Shown one piece after another: positions 13,219-24,400 of a stretch of DNA of 64,000 nt. The notes under the pieces are model-generated. The model did no database searches and was not told where the DNA came from. It saw nothing but the letters and a program-made list of their open reading frames with translations. Within the stretch, counting starts at the first letter, position 1. Every line of letters starts with the position of its first letter. The DNA is from Nemertoderma westbladi (taxonomy: Eukaryota; Animalia; Xenacoelomorpha), in assembly GCA_032718475.1 (NCBI GenBank), contig JAUCBJ010002155.1, forward strand, positions 1-64,000. Reading direction: 5' to 3'. A program made the position numbers and the translations under genes.

Positions 13219-13880
13219 TCTGAGAGTGCTCGTGGTACAGCATGTAAGTGCTCTGCTACTGGCAGCTATACATGCCATGCCATGCCATAAAACAGTAAAA
13301 GGCATCCCTATCAGCCTATCCCTAAAAGGCATCATGGTTGCTTTTTTGTGCTTTTTTTACTTTTTTTTGTGCTTTGGGTCCTACGAATTACCCCAAAATA
13401 CCCCAAAACACCCCAAAATACCCCAAAATACTCCAAAATACCCCAAAATAGTCAAAAATTACCCCAAAATACCCCAAAAAGGGTATAAAATTACCCCAAA
13501 ATACCCCAAAATAAGCTAACAATGTTTTTTAACAGCGAGGGAAAGGAGCAGGTTACAGTGGCAAGTTTTTTTAACCAAAACAATAAACGAGAGTGAAGAA
13601 AAAAATTTTAATTATTTTGGGGTAATTCGTCATTTTGCCATATTTTGGGGTAAATTAAATTTCCAAAACAAAGGCTCAAAAAAAAGTATTTTGGGGTAAT
13701 TCTAAACTATTTTGGGGTATTTTGGGGTAATTATAAACTATTTTGGGGTATTTTGGGGTAGTTTTATACTATTTTGGGGTGTTTTGGGGTATTTTGGGGT
13801 AATTCGTAGGACCGTGTGCTTTTTTAAATTTTTTGTGCTTTTTTGTGCTTTTCTTGACTTTTTTGTGCTTTTCTTGACTT
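13219..13880 (+). repeat. Left arm (D) of a long inverted repeat; its partner is 18939-19932
   Basis: TCTGAGAGTGCTCGTGGTACAGCATGTAAG...GGCATCCCTATCAGCCTATCCCTAAAAGGCATCATGGTTGC plus TTTTGTGC repeats; the reverse complement is at 18939-19077 and 19828-19932. Confidence 0.8.
13376..13814. mobile_element. Foldback-like MITE E with an 8-bp TSD
   Basis: TIR GGTCCTACGAATTACCCCAAAATACC with ACCCCAAAAT subrepeats. TGTGCTTT at 13368-13375 and 13815-13822. Absent from the partner arm of D. Confidence 0.85.
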
Positions 13881-14397
13881 TGGCTTAAAGCGATGTCCTG
13901 CAAAGCGGAGGCGGCTTTGTTCTAGTGTCAAACTTGGGGGAACCAATGACTGAATGAGACACCTCCAACTCCAATGTTATCAGTTATATAGTGTCTGGCA
14001 GTCTGGTTGGAGATGCAGAGATGTGTGCATTGTACTTGACACAGTGAACCTAATCAAAACAATTAGTCAATAAACATTAACTCAATAACATAATAGGTTA
14101 CAGTTTACAGTAGTCTTATTTTTGCCATACGAAAATACCACAGGTATGGCAGTCAGTATGGGTATGAATGAACTATACAGCTATAACTCAACTACGCTAC
14201 CGCGGTATACACCGCTAAGGCAGTAAGGCTACGGCAAAGCTATACCATACTACCGCCTGACCGCAAAAAGTAACTAGTGATGTCTGACTGTACGTGTGCG
14301 ATCCCTGTTTATAACATTGTATAATACATATAATAATTAATTTGATCATTAAAATAATGTTGCATTGTAATTATGTAATATATATGTACTGATACGA

Positions 14398-17293
14398 CCC
14401 TATTGAAAAGTTTTACATGTACGCCGAGCACGTTCGGCGCAGCACTAGAACTTGCGCCGGGAGCTGGCGCAGAAATGTGCTACGCCGGGCAATGAGCCGG
14501 AAGGGTCGGCGCAGAGATGTGCTACGCCGGCGTAGCCGGCGGAGCACTGGCAATGGTAAAGATGCTGCGCTCGGCGCAGCAGGCGTCGAAATATTCCCGG
14601 CGTCGACGCTGCAGAAATTGACGCGGCGCCGGAGCAGGAATCAGCCCAGCACACCCGGCGTATACATATTTGCCTGGCGCAGACTGGCAGAAATCAGCCG
14701 AACCTAGCACCAGGCAGACAGTGAGACTGAAACAGCAGACATGCGTTCATCAGACCAACAGCACAGCAACACAATAACAACTGGCCATTCAGGAGGCAGA
14801 AAGGAAACTCACACTGCAGCACTGGCTGACTGCAACTGGTCATTTATTTACGTATTTCACCTTATGCTGTTATGCAGTAGGCAGGTAGGCTATCACAGTT
14901 CCAGCTATCAGCTGATCAGTCATTATTGCTATTGGTCATAGTCAGTTTATTTATTTTACATAATATTGCTGTATTGTATAAGCTATATTTATATTATATT
15001 ATTTGGATGGAGACACCGCTGTCATAGAAGCGTATAAATAAAACTGCACATATAATAAAACAGGCAGACAGAATGAAGTTGAACAGTAAATAAAACAAAA
15101 CGACTTATACTATGGCACTATTGATAATGAAACAATTTATTACCGACACACATGTGTAACCATTGGAAATTGCAGTTCAATGACTCCAAGTGCAAGGTCA
15201 TGCATACATCTATGTTCTAGAAATCCCCAAGCAACGTTTTACACAATGAATGGACGGACACTTTTATCGGCAACCGAGGAACGTGATTTTGGAATTACAT
15301 TTACACCAGACTTGTCCTTCACAGCATCACAACTCACTGCACAAAGACTGCAGCCCGCGCCATGCGAGTCGTACATTTAATACGAAGAACTTTTACATAT
15401 TTGGAAGCTCCGATGTTTACCCTCTGACCCTGTTATACAAATCCCTTGTTCGGCCTCTCCTTGAATACGACACAGTTGTTTCTTCGCCATTCCTCCGACA
15501 TGATAAATATTGAACGTCTTGAACAAGTACAACACCGTGTGGTCACTCGCCTTGTACAGTTGTACTATCGCTGGCTGAGTTGTCATATGAAAACCGACTA
15601 CTTGCACTCAAACTACCGATATTAATATATCGCCGTGTACTAGCCGACCTTATAACAACATACAAGTTTATCAAGGGGATTGACAAATTTGAGCAAAGTA
15701 ATTTCTTCCAGTTTCGTTCCTAACGCCACCAATGCTAACACGCAACAACTTTGCAGACAGCGTTGCAAACATTTGGAATCATTTACCGTTACCGGAAAGT
15801 GTTGTTAATGCACGTAATACCCTTGGTACTCCATGATTGAGCATATTGAAAAATAGACAAGACTGCGAAATGTCCTTTAAAATGAATATATAGTGATACT
15901 CCTGTGCGCCAAGTGGCAGTAGCGAAAGCGATATCTTTTGGATACAACGATATCTTTATTAAAATCTAGCTACAGTACCTATTACAGTATTATTTTCATT
16001 TTTTCAATCCCAATAAACTTTTTTTTGTGTTAAATTTTAAAATAGTGTTTTTTTATGTTTAATTGTTTTCCTATCTTTTGTAGTTACTTTACTTTGCGCG
16101 TTTTATTTCAGCAGTAATATTTTACTTATGCGACATACTGTACTGTACCTACGGTACCAAATTTATGTTCCGTATAACTACGTATTGTTGTGTTGTATCC
16201 TATAGAGTATTGTAAACTTGTCCCTTATTAATATGTTTGCTTTTAGTATTGTATGTTGTTGAAGCCCTTGAACCTAAGTATGCTTTGCCGGTTTTTAATT
16301 TAATTTTTCTGTAATTTAATTTTTTTTTTAATAATTAATACTGTATGCACCAACTGTAGGTACTGTAAATAAACTATAATTTTAATTATTTTACTAATTT
16401 TACCTGAATACCATTATCCGTATTTTTCTTACAATAGTACATACGCTTATTAGCGTACTTTATTGCCAGATATGTGTTCATTTTATTTTAATCTACTGTA
16501 CGTGTACGTACATGTGCAAATATTAATATTTTATTGTTATTCTGCCGATATTAATAACATAACATACAGCTAGTTATTATTCATTCAGACATACCGTATC
16601 TGTAGCATAGACGTATAGGACCACATTACGTAGTATGCAATAAAGTAGAACGTAGTACATAAATACAAGGACTAGTCCTACTGAAGTAGTCTTTAATATT
16701 TTTTCTATAATTTATAATCATATTGTAACATTTGTCTAATTTCAAAAAATGTACACCTTACTTGACAACAAAAATTTACATGCAGTGTTTCTTAAGTAGG
16801 CCTAGTTGTTTCGTAATGTTACACTTTTGGAATAAAACAACGTACCTACTGTACTTGTTGCATTTGTCTTTATTAAGGTTTTCCGTCTCTGTATCCTTAT
16901 TTTCATTTCACCCACCCACAACTCTCGTTCGTTTAAGTAACAACTCGGATTAGTGCAGCTACAGTATTATAGATAACCGAATAAACTACAGGTACAGTAC
17001 AGTATAACAGGCAGATTTTATGTTTTATACCAGTCAGCCCGGTGCAGCTTTGAAGAGCCGGTGGAAGATTTTTCACCCGGCGCAGCATTTTGCATTGCAC
17101 AGAGCCGGCGCAGGATTTTTGCACCCGGCGTGGTTTTGCACAGAGCCGGCGCAGGATTTTTTGCACCCGGCGTGGTTTTGCTCAGAGCCGGCGCAGGATT
17201 TTTTGCACCCGGCGTGGTTTTGCTCAGAGCCGGCGCAGGATTTTTGGCACCCGGCGCCGCGTTCGGCGCAGAAAATAAAGCTTTTCAATAGGG
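14398..17293. mobile_element. Non-autonomous TIR element B (CCCTATTGAAAAG ends, 8-bp TSD TGATACGA); MULE/Zisupton-like by TSD only
   Basis: 13-bp TIR. TGATACGA at 14390-14397 and 17294-17301. GC-rich CGGCGCAG subterminal repeats (42-bp units at ~17035-17270). The empty site is present in copy A near 8825-8840. Confidence 0.85.
15165..15830 (+). pseudogene. Degenerate CR1/L2-type LINE reverse-transcriptase C-terminal fragment within element B
   Basis: Motifs KCKVMH, ERDFGI, LLYKSLVRPLLEY, LEQVQ, RRVLADLITTYK and WNHLP are spread over several frames. Confidence 0.75.
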
Positions 17294-17525
17294 TGATACG
17301 AGATGCAGTTTTGATTTAAATACCGATATACAGATATACAGTATGGCAGCATGGGTACACTTGGAATTCAGGAATTGTACTAAAGTCCAATATTGGACTT
17401 TGGAGTCAAAAATTTGACTTGAAGTCTAAAATTGGACTTGAAGTCCAATTTTTGACTTCTCACCGACTGACAATCAGCCAATACACTGATACATGCAATA
17501 GCCAGATAGCTGAATAGGCTGATAC

Positions 17526-18728
17526 CAGTAAGGGAAAATACCCCGAATCGGGGTATAGAAGCAAACCCCCATTCGGGGTTTTGTGATACCCCGATTCGGG
17601 GTTCTCCCATAGACATTTTTTCTCCTTCATTTCCGCATATGAAGATTTTAATTCCGCAATTTCGTTTTAACATATTCGAATACACATTGGTGTGTACTTC
17701 AAATAAGAAAACTTTGAAGTAATAATGAAATCTTCCGGCTTCGATATTGTACCGGAAAATCTAATGTAAATTATACCCCGAATCAGGGTATCCAGGACTC
17801 CCTGTACCCCGAATGGGGGCTTACGATATATTCATACAGCCTGCAGAAGCACCGATTCGGGGTCAGTATTTTCTAGTACACCGATTCAGGAATTCAATTT
17901 TCTCGAAAATACACCGAATCGGCTCTTTTTTTCCACTCTGACACCGATTCGGTGTATATTTTCTAGTCATTTTTTATATTTTTTAATGGATTATCATGAT
18001 GTAATTCATATTTTAATTAGTATTAGTGTTATATAAACGAACAGACGAACAAATTAATTAAAATATTTAATATATTTGCGAATAATTGCGATGCGAGTAT
18101 ATTTGGTGATTTCCTATTATATTATTGTTTGTTATTATACGTAATTTGTTTGTTAATTATGGAATTTACTGTACTGAGTACTGGCAGACTGGTACTAACT
18201 GACTAATGTACTGGTACTCCGTGTTGATTAAAATACATACTTTTTGTTATCATATCCATATTTATAAATCAGTTGATAGACAAATAACACTGCAATAATA
18301 CTAATGTAAATGTACAATATAGGCCTAGTAATAGGCCTATACAGTACTGCAGTACGTCCCGTACTTCAGTAGTAGGCCCTATACAGCTATATCTATCAAT
18401 ATACCGGTAGTTCTGTAGTTACCACATTTATATTATGAAACAGTATTGTACTGCACAAAAGGTAATTTCCGCACTATGAATCAGTGAATTCCAGTCTGGC
18501 ATGAGTGAAACATCATTATTCTGGAGGGGCGTAAATAACTCAACTCCTATACCCCGATTCGGGGTATAGGCCTACCTAATTTTTCCGCTGCCTGGAGATT
18601 TTCTAGTAGAACACCGATTCGGGGTATAACTTTCTACTGAAAATCTCAAATCGGTGTCACTATTTTCTACTATGACACCGATTCGGTGTATAGAGCTGTA
18701 CCCCGATTCGGGGTATTTTCCCTTACTG
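17526..18728. mobile_element. Non-autonomous TIR element G (CAGTAAG ends, 5-bp TSD GATAC)
   Basis: TIR CAGTAAGGGAAAATACCCCGAATCGGGGTA / TACCCCGATTCGGGGTATTTTCCCTTACTG. GATAC at 17521-17525 and 18729-18733. Many ACCGATTCGG palindromic subrepeats. Confidence 0.88.
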
Positions 18729-18938
18729 GATACCGGTAGTGGATAGGCTGTTAGGCCTATGTCATTCACCACTCAGCCACTCACTGACTCATTGTCAGCC
18801 TGATTGTTCTAATACTGTAATACAGCTGTACAGTAATATTGACTGATTGACAGATTGATGCTCGTGCGATTGCAGACTGCAGACTGTGCGATGCGACTGC
18901 GAGGGTCCTACTACAGTAAGTACTAAATAGGCCTACTA

Positions 18939-19932
18939 CAAAAAGCACAAAAAAGTCAAGAAAAGCACAAAAAAGTCAAGAAAAGCACAAAAAAGCACAA
19001 AAAATTTAAAAAAGCACAAAAAAAGTAAAAAAAGCACAAAAAAGCAACCATGATGCCTTTTAGGGATAGGCTGATAGCCATTCTGCTAAGTAGGGCATGT
19101 ACGCCGAACGCGTTCGGCGCACAATTTTTTCCAGAATTTGGAGCAGGCGCAGAAAATTGAGAGCGCAGTGCAGCGCCGCGCAGCGCCACGCAGCGCCGCG
19201 CAGAGAAAATTTAGAGCGCGGCGCGACAGGCGCAGGCGCAGAAAATTGATAGCACGGCTCAGACTTGCACTACAGCACTAAGTCAGTACCGGTAAGTAGA
19301 CCTACCCCTGGCAGTCTGCCGACTACCGGTAACAGGGTAATGACAATACAGATAAGACTGTAAGAAATACTGAAATAATAAGCCTCCTACTTGCTACTTG
19401 GTGTGCTTTAGGCCAGTACAGCAGTCAGCAGTAGGCAGGCAGGTACGTGGTAGGAGATTTCGTGCAGTATTTCTGCTGTGCGCGCCAATGTGTAATGTCA
19501 ATGCTGTAATGTCAATAATATAATAAAGCGTCCTACTTGGTGTGCTTAGGGCTTGCTTAGTCCAGTAGAGTTGAGAGTAGGCAGGCGGGTAGGTGGTACG
19601 GTACAGTACCGGTACTACAGAGGTAGGGGAGGTAGGAGATTTCGCGCAGTATTTCTGCTGTGCGCGCCAATCTCGTGCAGAATTTCTGCTGCGCGCGCCA
19701 ATCTCGCGCAGTTTTTCTGCTGCGCACGCGGATTTTGCACTGTTTTCGACTGCGCAGGCGCACATTTTTTTCTGCGCCGCGTCGCGTTCGGCGCACAAAA
19801 AAGTCACTTAGCATACGGGGCTGATAGCAGGATAGGGATGCCTTTTACTGTTTTATGGCATGGCATGGCATGCTGGCATGTATAGCTGCCAGTAGCAGAG
19901 CACTTACATGCTGTACCACGAGCACTCTCAGA
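18939..19932 (-). repeat. Right arm (D') of the long inverted repeat, interrupted by element C
   Basis: Reverse complement of 13219-13880 apart from the two independent inserts. Confidence 0.8.
19078..19818. mobile_element. Non-autonomous TIR element C (8-9-bp TSD GGCTGATAG), related to B; MULE-like
   Basis: GGCTGATAG at 19069-19077 and 19819-19827. Imperfect TIR CC..TGCTAAGT. Shares the subterminal motif CATGTACGCCGA.C.CGTTCGGCGCA with element B. Confidence 0.75.
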
Positions 19933-22439
19933 TTGTAACTAACAGACTAAAAAGTAGGTGTAAGACCGACAGCCTAACACTAACAGTACTGCAGTAACAG
20001 ACAAGACTGCAAGATACAAGATAAGTTAATAACTTAAAAATAATAATACAGTCTGACAGTACTGCCAGACTGCAGTACATTGACATTGTACATAGGCCCT
20101 TACAATAAATACAGACAGACAGAATACAGTGCCGGTACAGTAGGACACTAGGACAGTAATAAACAACATAATTACTGAATTAACATTCTATTGCTGCAGT
20201 CTGGCAGTGCTGCTGTAGCTGTACCAATAGTGGTAATGTTGAAATAACGACAACGGTCAGATGGGCGCGAGCTATCAGCAGATTTGTCTGCTTATTTTAT
20301 AAATCTTTCAATACAGCAATACCCTGTGTATCAGTCTGGCAGTTGTCTCCTAATTAGCTAATATTTAATGAGGTTATTCCTATTAAACCTGAGTGGCTGA
20401 TTTTTGAGTTGTGGATTCAACATCTAAGTGTTAGTAACGAATGCACCCTACAGCCACAGGAAACAAACTGACAAAGACACCATAGGCCTACTGTACAAGC
20501 ATAATACCAGAATACACACCAAAGGTGTCGCAAACAGTGTCGCATATGTTCCATCAACATCCACTAAGCATAGAGTCTAACCAAATGCGCCAACAATTTA
20601 CTGTGTAGGCCTACATCAATGCGCATCTACATAATACACTCAGACATAATAATTTATTGAAATTCAGTCAATTAAAATTTGTGACAATAAGTGATTCTTT
20701 CCGATACTTAATCTTAATAAGTGATTCTTTCCGATACTTTTTCTTATAAAGTGATTATTTTCGACAAGGCCTTTTTCTTATTGAAGAAATTAATTTTTTT
20801 CCTCTTTGTAATCCGCATATTTCCTCGAAGTAGCAGTCCTACAAGCAATTTTTCCTCGGCTTTCGACCTCAAAATAATATGCTTTTACTATTCTTCGAAA
20901 TTGCAGATTAAAAAGTAGGAAAAAAGTTTGCTCTCTAGCTCTTTTTAAGTAAAAGTTAGTACAGTAAAATAATAATATTGTACATACAGTAGTTCGCTGT
21001 TTCGGTAGCAAGAATCTAAATTATATACAGTAGTAGGTCCTAATATCTTTATTTGTTTTCTTCCCATATCTTCCCATACAAACATCCTTTATTTATTGAT
21101 CTTTAGACTTTGTTTTAATATTTCTTTCAACTGAATTTGATTATCCCAATTTATATTACGGTTATCTGGTTATGAATCTATGATTGACAGGTTTCATATG
21201 TAAAATCTTGTTATTGTATTAAATTGTTTCAGAATTAACCCAAGCAATAATAGTTAATTAAACTCCGATACCTCGTAAATTTAGGTTCTATTCGGTTTGT
21301 CACTCTAGGGTGAGCATTAATACTGCGGGGGCGAGTCAAAACTGCGAGCCATCAGCGAACTGATATAATTATAATATGGCTGTTTGCTCAAAGTCTGCGT
21401 GTGCGTGTGATGTGTGCATAGAAATAGAAAGAGAGTATACACAGCAATTGACATAGTAGCTCAGCAACCTAAAAAGAAGGTTGGAAATTCCAGTTTTGTT
21501 TATTAAATACAAACGTTTTTAATTGTGTATTAAATGTTCAATGAAATGGAATTAATAATTATAGTGCTGCAGCATGAGTATAGATGTCATTACCATTATT
21601 ATTACGAACGTGTGTGGTGTATGTAGTGGGTGGTATATTGTTGGTGATTTGCATCACATCTTAACTGGAGTGTTCATTTACACTTTGTGTAAGTAAAACT
21701 TTGGCGGTGCTCGTTACGTCGTCGTCCCTGCGGGAGATAGAGAATTGCATTTTGTCGAAAATGGACACGTGGTATAAAATATAAGGTAAGTTATTTTGTC
21801 GAGCATATCGCAACCATTGTATTTAAACTCACATCTAAACTTACATGGTACAAAGAAAAGTCAGACAAAGCATCATACCTGCACACGATCTGGATCGCCA
21901 GGAGAGTCTAGCAAAGAATAATCGCTAATTTAGGTCTAAAAATGTGTATGGTAAATCATGGTAAGCATAGGCGGAATCACCGAACATGCGAAGAAATTAC
22001 GGAACAAAAATTCCATACCCTTTTCCTGGGCAATTTTGTTGCTCAAAAATTTCTCAAATCGTAGCGGGAATATTGATTCCCATTTTTTTTGCATGGTAGG
22101 TGATCCGTGTATGGGTGGGTATACTTACCATCGCTTGCTAGCCCACTAATGCTCTTTGTCCAAGCAGTAAATACGAGTACATGGCAAACTTATCGTAGTT
22201 CCCTATCGCTTTGCGTTTTTTCTATCGCAACCGTTGCATTTAAAATCACGCAACTTTTCATTATATTCCGCAGAATCTGAGGAAATAGCTTTAACGTCCA
22301 TGAAAGAATTGAATCACGGTATTTTCCAGCAGTCCTCCAACAATAACGTCCAGAGGAAGTCTTCAGCGGCTCTGGTTAAAAAGAAATTACTTTGGAAAAA
22401 ATAGTCAGAAAACTATTATACAGTATTATTGTTGTTGTT

Positions 22440-23190
22440 GAATTTCCATTGTCTTGATGAATTGCATAAATGGTCTATAAAAAACTCAATGGAAGTCAAT
22501 ATCAAGAAAACAAAAGTTCTCAAATTCAGGAATGGAGGGAGATTTGCGCACGATGATGTTTTCCACTACGATGGGAAAGATATTGAATTATGTAACCAGT
22601 ATGAGTATCTAGGAGTTATCCTACAGCCTTCATTAAGTTTTACAAAACACATTGATAGTAAAAAAGCGCAAAGCCTTTGCAGCCATTGGCTGCCTCAGTA
22701 ACATCCATCGCTGCTCCACAGAAACTGGAATACTAATATTTAACATGAAAATTGATCTCAATGGTATCCTATGCTTTCCATGAAATTGCGCTTTATTTCA
22801 CCGCTAACAACCTCAAAGAAATTGATAAAATTAAAGGCAGATATGTAAAGCGGCTCCTAAATATTCACAAAAATTCATCCACAACATTAGCTTTTAAACT
22901 GATTGGATGTCAGTCATATGTAGAATAACTCGCAACCAAGTACCCCTTTAATACGGAAGCGCTAAATGAATATCGTTCATACAGAATGGGAAGGGATCTA
23001 AACTTTGTACAGCAAAATTAACTACAAGGGCCGGCCTTCAAGTCGACAACATGGAAAAACTCAAACCAAAGATACCGCCATTTGATTACAAGGGCTAGTG
23101 CACGGCTTCCATCATAAACTGTGCACTGACTTGACACCATTCCACGATATGGACAACCCTACAATTGAACACTATTGCTATTATAATTTG
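22440..23190 (+). pseudogene. Degenerate LINE reverse-transcriptase C-terminal fragment
   Basis: LHKWSIKNSMEVNIKKTKVLKFRNGG...YEYLGVIL...FTKHI, followed by frameshifted continuation. Confidence 0.75.
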
Positions 23191-24059
23191 TGTGGATTTT
23201 AAAGGAGCACTTCCTCGCGATGTGGCCACACCTCCCAACTCTTTTTTTGCCTCGAGTTACAGTGGTCGGAATTCCACTGCAGACTAGAAGCAAGTTTGGC
23301 GGCGTCTCGGATTCGAACTATAATCCCATAATCTAGACCTTGCATCAGTAACCATTCGACCATATGTAATAGAGTTTTATCATGAATTCGAGTCATCAGG
23401 TGTTCAGCAGTTATCTCAGTCAATAGGTAGAGTCCGAGATCTGAAACTATCTTTTAAGCTTCAATTGTCGCAACTAAAGTACTTGAACTCACGCAACCTC
23501 TCCATGTTTTAGCCTCGCAGTAAATCAGAGTGGAATTAGCACGATCTTCCTCCACATCTTTAGAAAAACTCTTTGCACAGATAATGAAATGTATGTGTAT
23601 GTATGTATACATTATACTGTACATTCGTTAGCAAAGTATTATACAGTAATATATCAGTATATAAATATATATAACAATATTGTTTATTTTACGAATATCA
23701 CTAACCAGTGTCACACTACGTTTTAAAAAATAAGAATTCTGTGTGACCCTTTATTGATTAAATATGAAGCGAGTTTGAAAGATGTCGTTCGCGACGAATA
23801 CATATTAAAATCGAGTTATATTGGTGTATATCATATTGGCTATATGATAAAAGGAATTCGTTTTACCTAGAATCGTGGCTTAGATGGGAACGGACGTTAA
23901 GTCTAGCAGATGCCTTGGTCGGGGAAGCGAGCTACATAAGCTTTCGAAGTGGGAGTAAAAAAATAATGGTAATATTTGAAGAAGTTCTCAATGTGTACAA
24001 ACTTGATACAAATTGCCTGATAAAAAGGACACGAATAGATTCATTTCGGCGTAAAGCCT

Positions 24060-24400
24060 TCGTCCAAGTGGCCAATATGGACGCCCACCAACGAATCCAC
24101 CACACGGGCGTGAAACCTTACTCGTCCAAACATTGCGGTGAATGTTATGTGCAGGGATCAAGGAAGATATATGCAACAGACCACGTGCAGAAACAAAGCA
24201 TTGGCGGTGTGACGGTGTTTATTAGCTCAATGAATAAATATTGAATAAATTTCTGACGAATAATTATAACTTTCATCTTTAATCTTGTGTTTTGATTTGT
24301 GATCTCAATGGAAAGGCGAGAAACCTTGGTACGACCAAAATGTCCCTTGTGCTATGAACAGTTTTTGGCAAGCTCAAGATGTCTGGAAACCCACATGGCA
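24060..24400 (+). pseudogene. Decayed C2H2 zinc-finger remnants
   Basis: HQRIHHTGVKPYSSKHCG resembles the HTGEKPY linker; KCPLC...H near 24340-24395. Key cysteines are missing. Confidence 0.4.

Larger units (their letters stand above)
13890..17469 (-). mobile_element. Partial inverted second copy of element A, interrupted by element B
   Basis: 13890-14397 plus 17302-17469 is the reverse complement of ~8674-9305, including the LINE fragment and the CAGTCGGTGAGAAG end. The other end was not found. Confidence 0.8.

Noticed and set aside
16933-17319. Overlapping repetitive ORFs
   Set aside because: Produced by the 42-bp GC-rich subterminal repeats of element B.
23375-23402. Second hammerhead (CTGATGA on -)
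   Set aside because: No stem II and no GAAA core.
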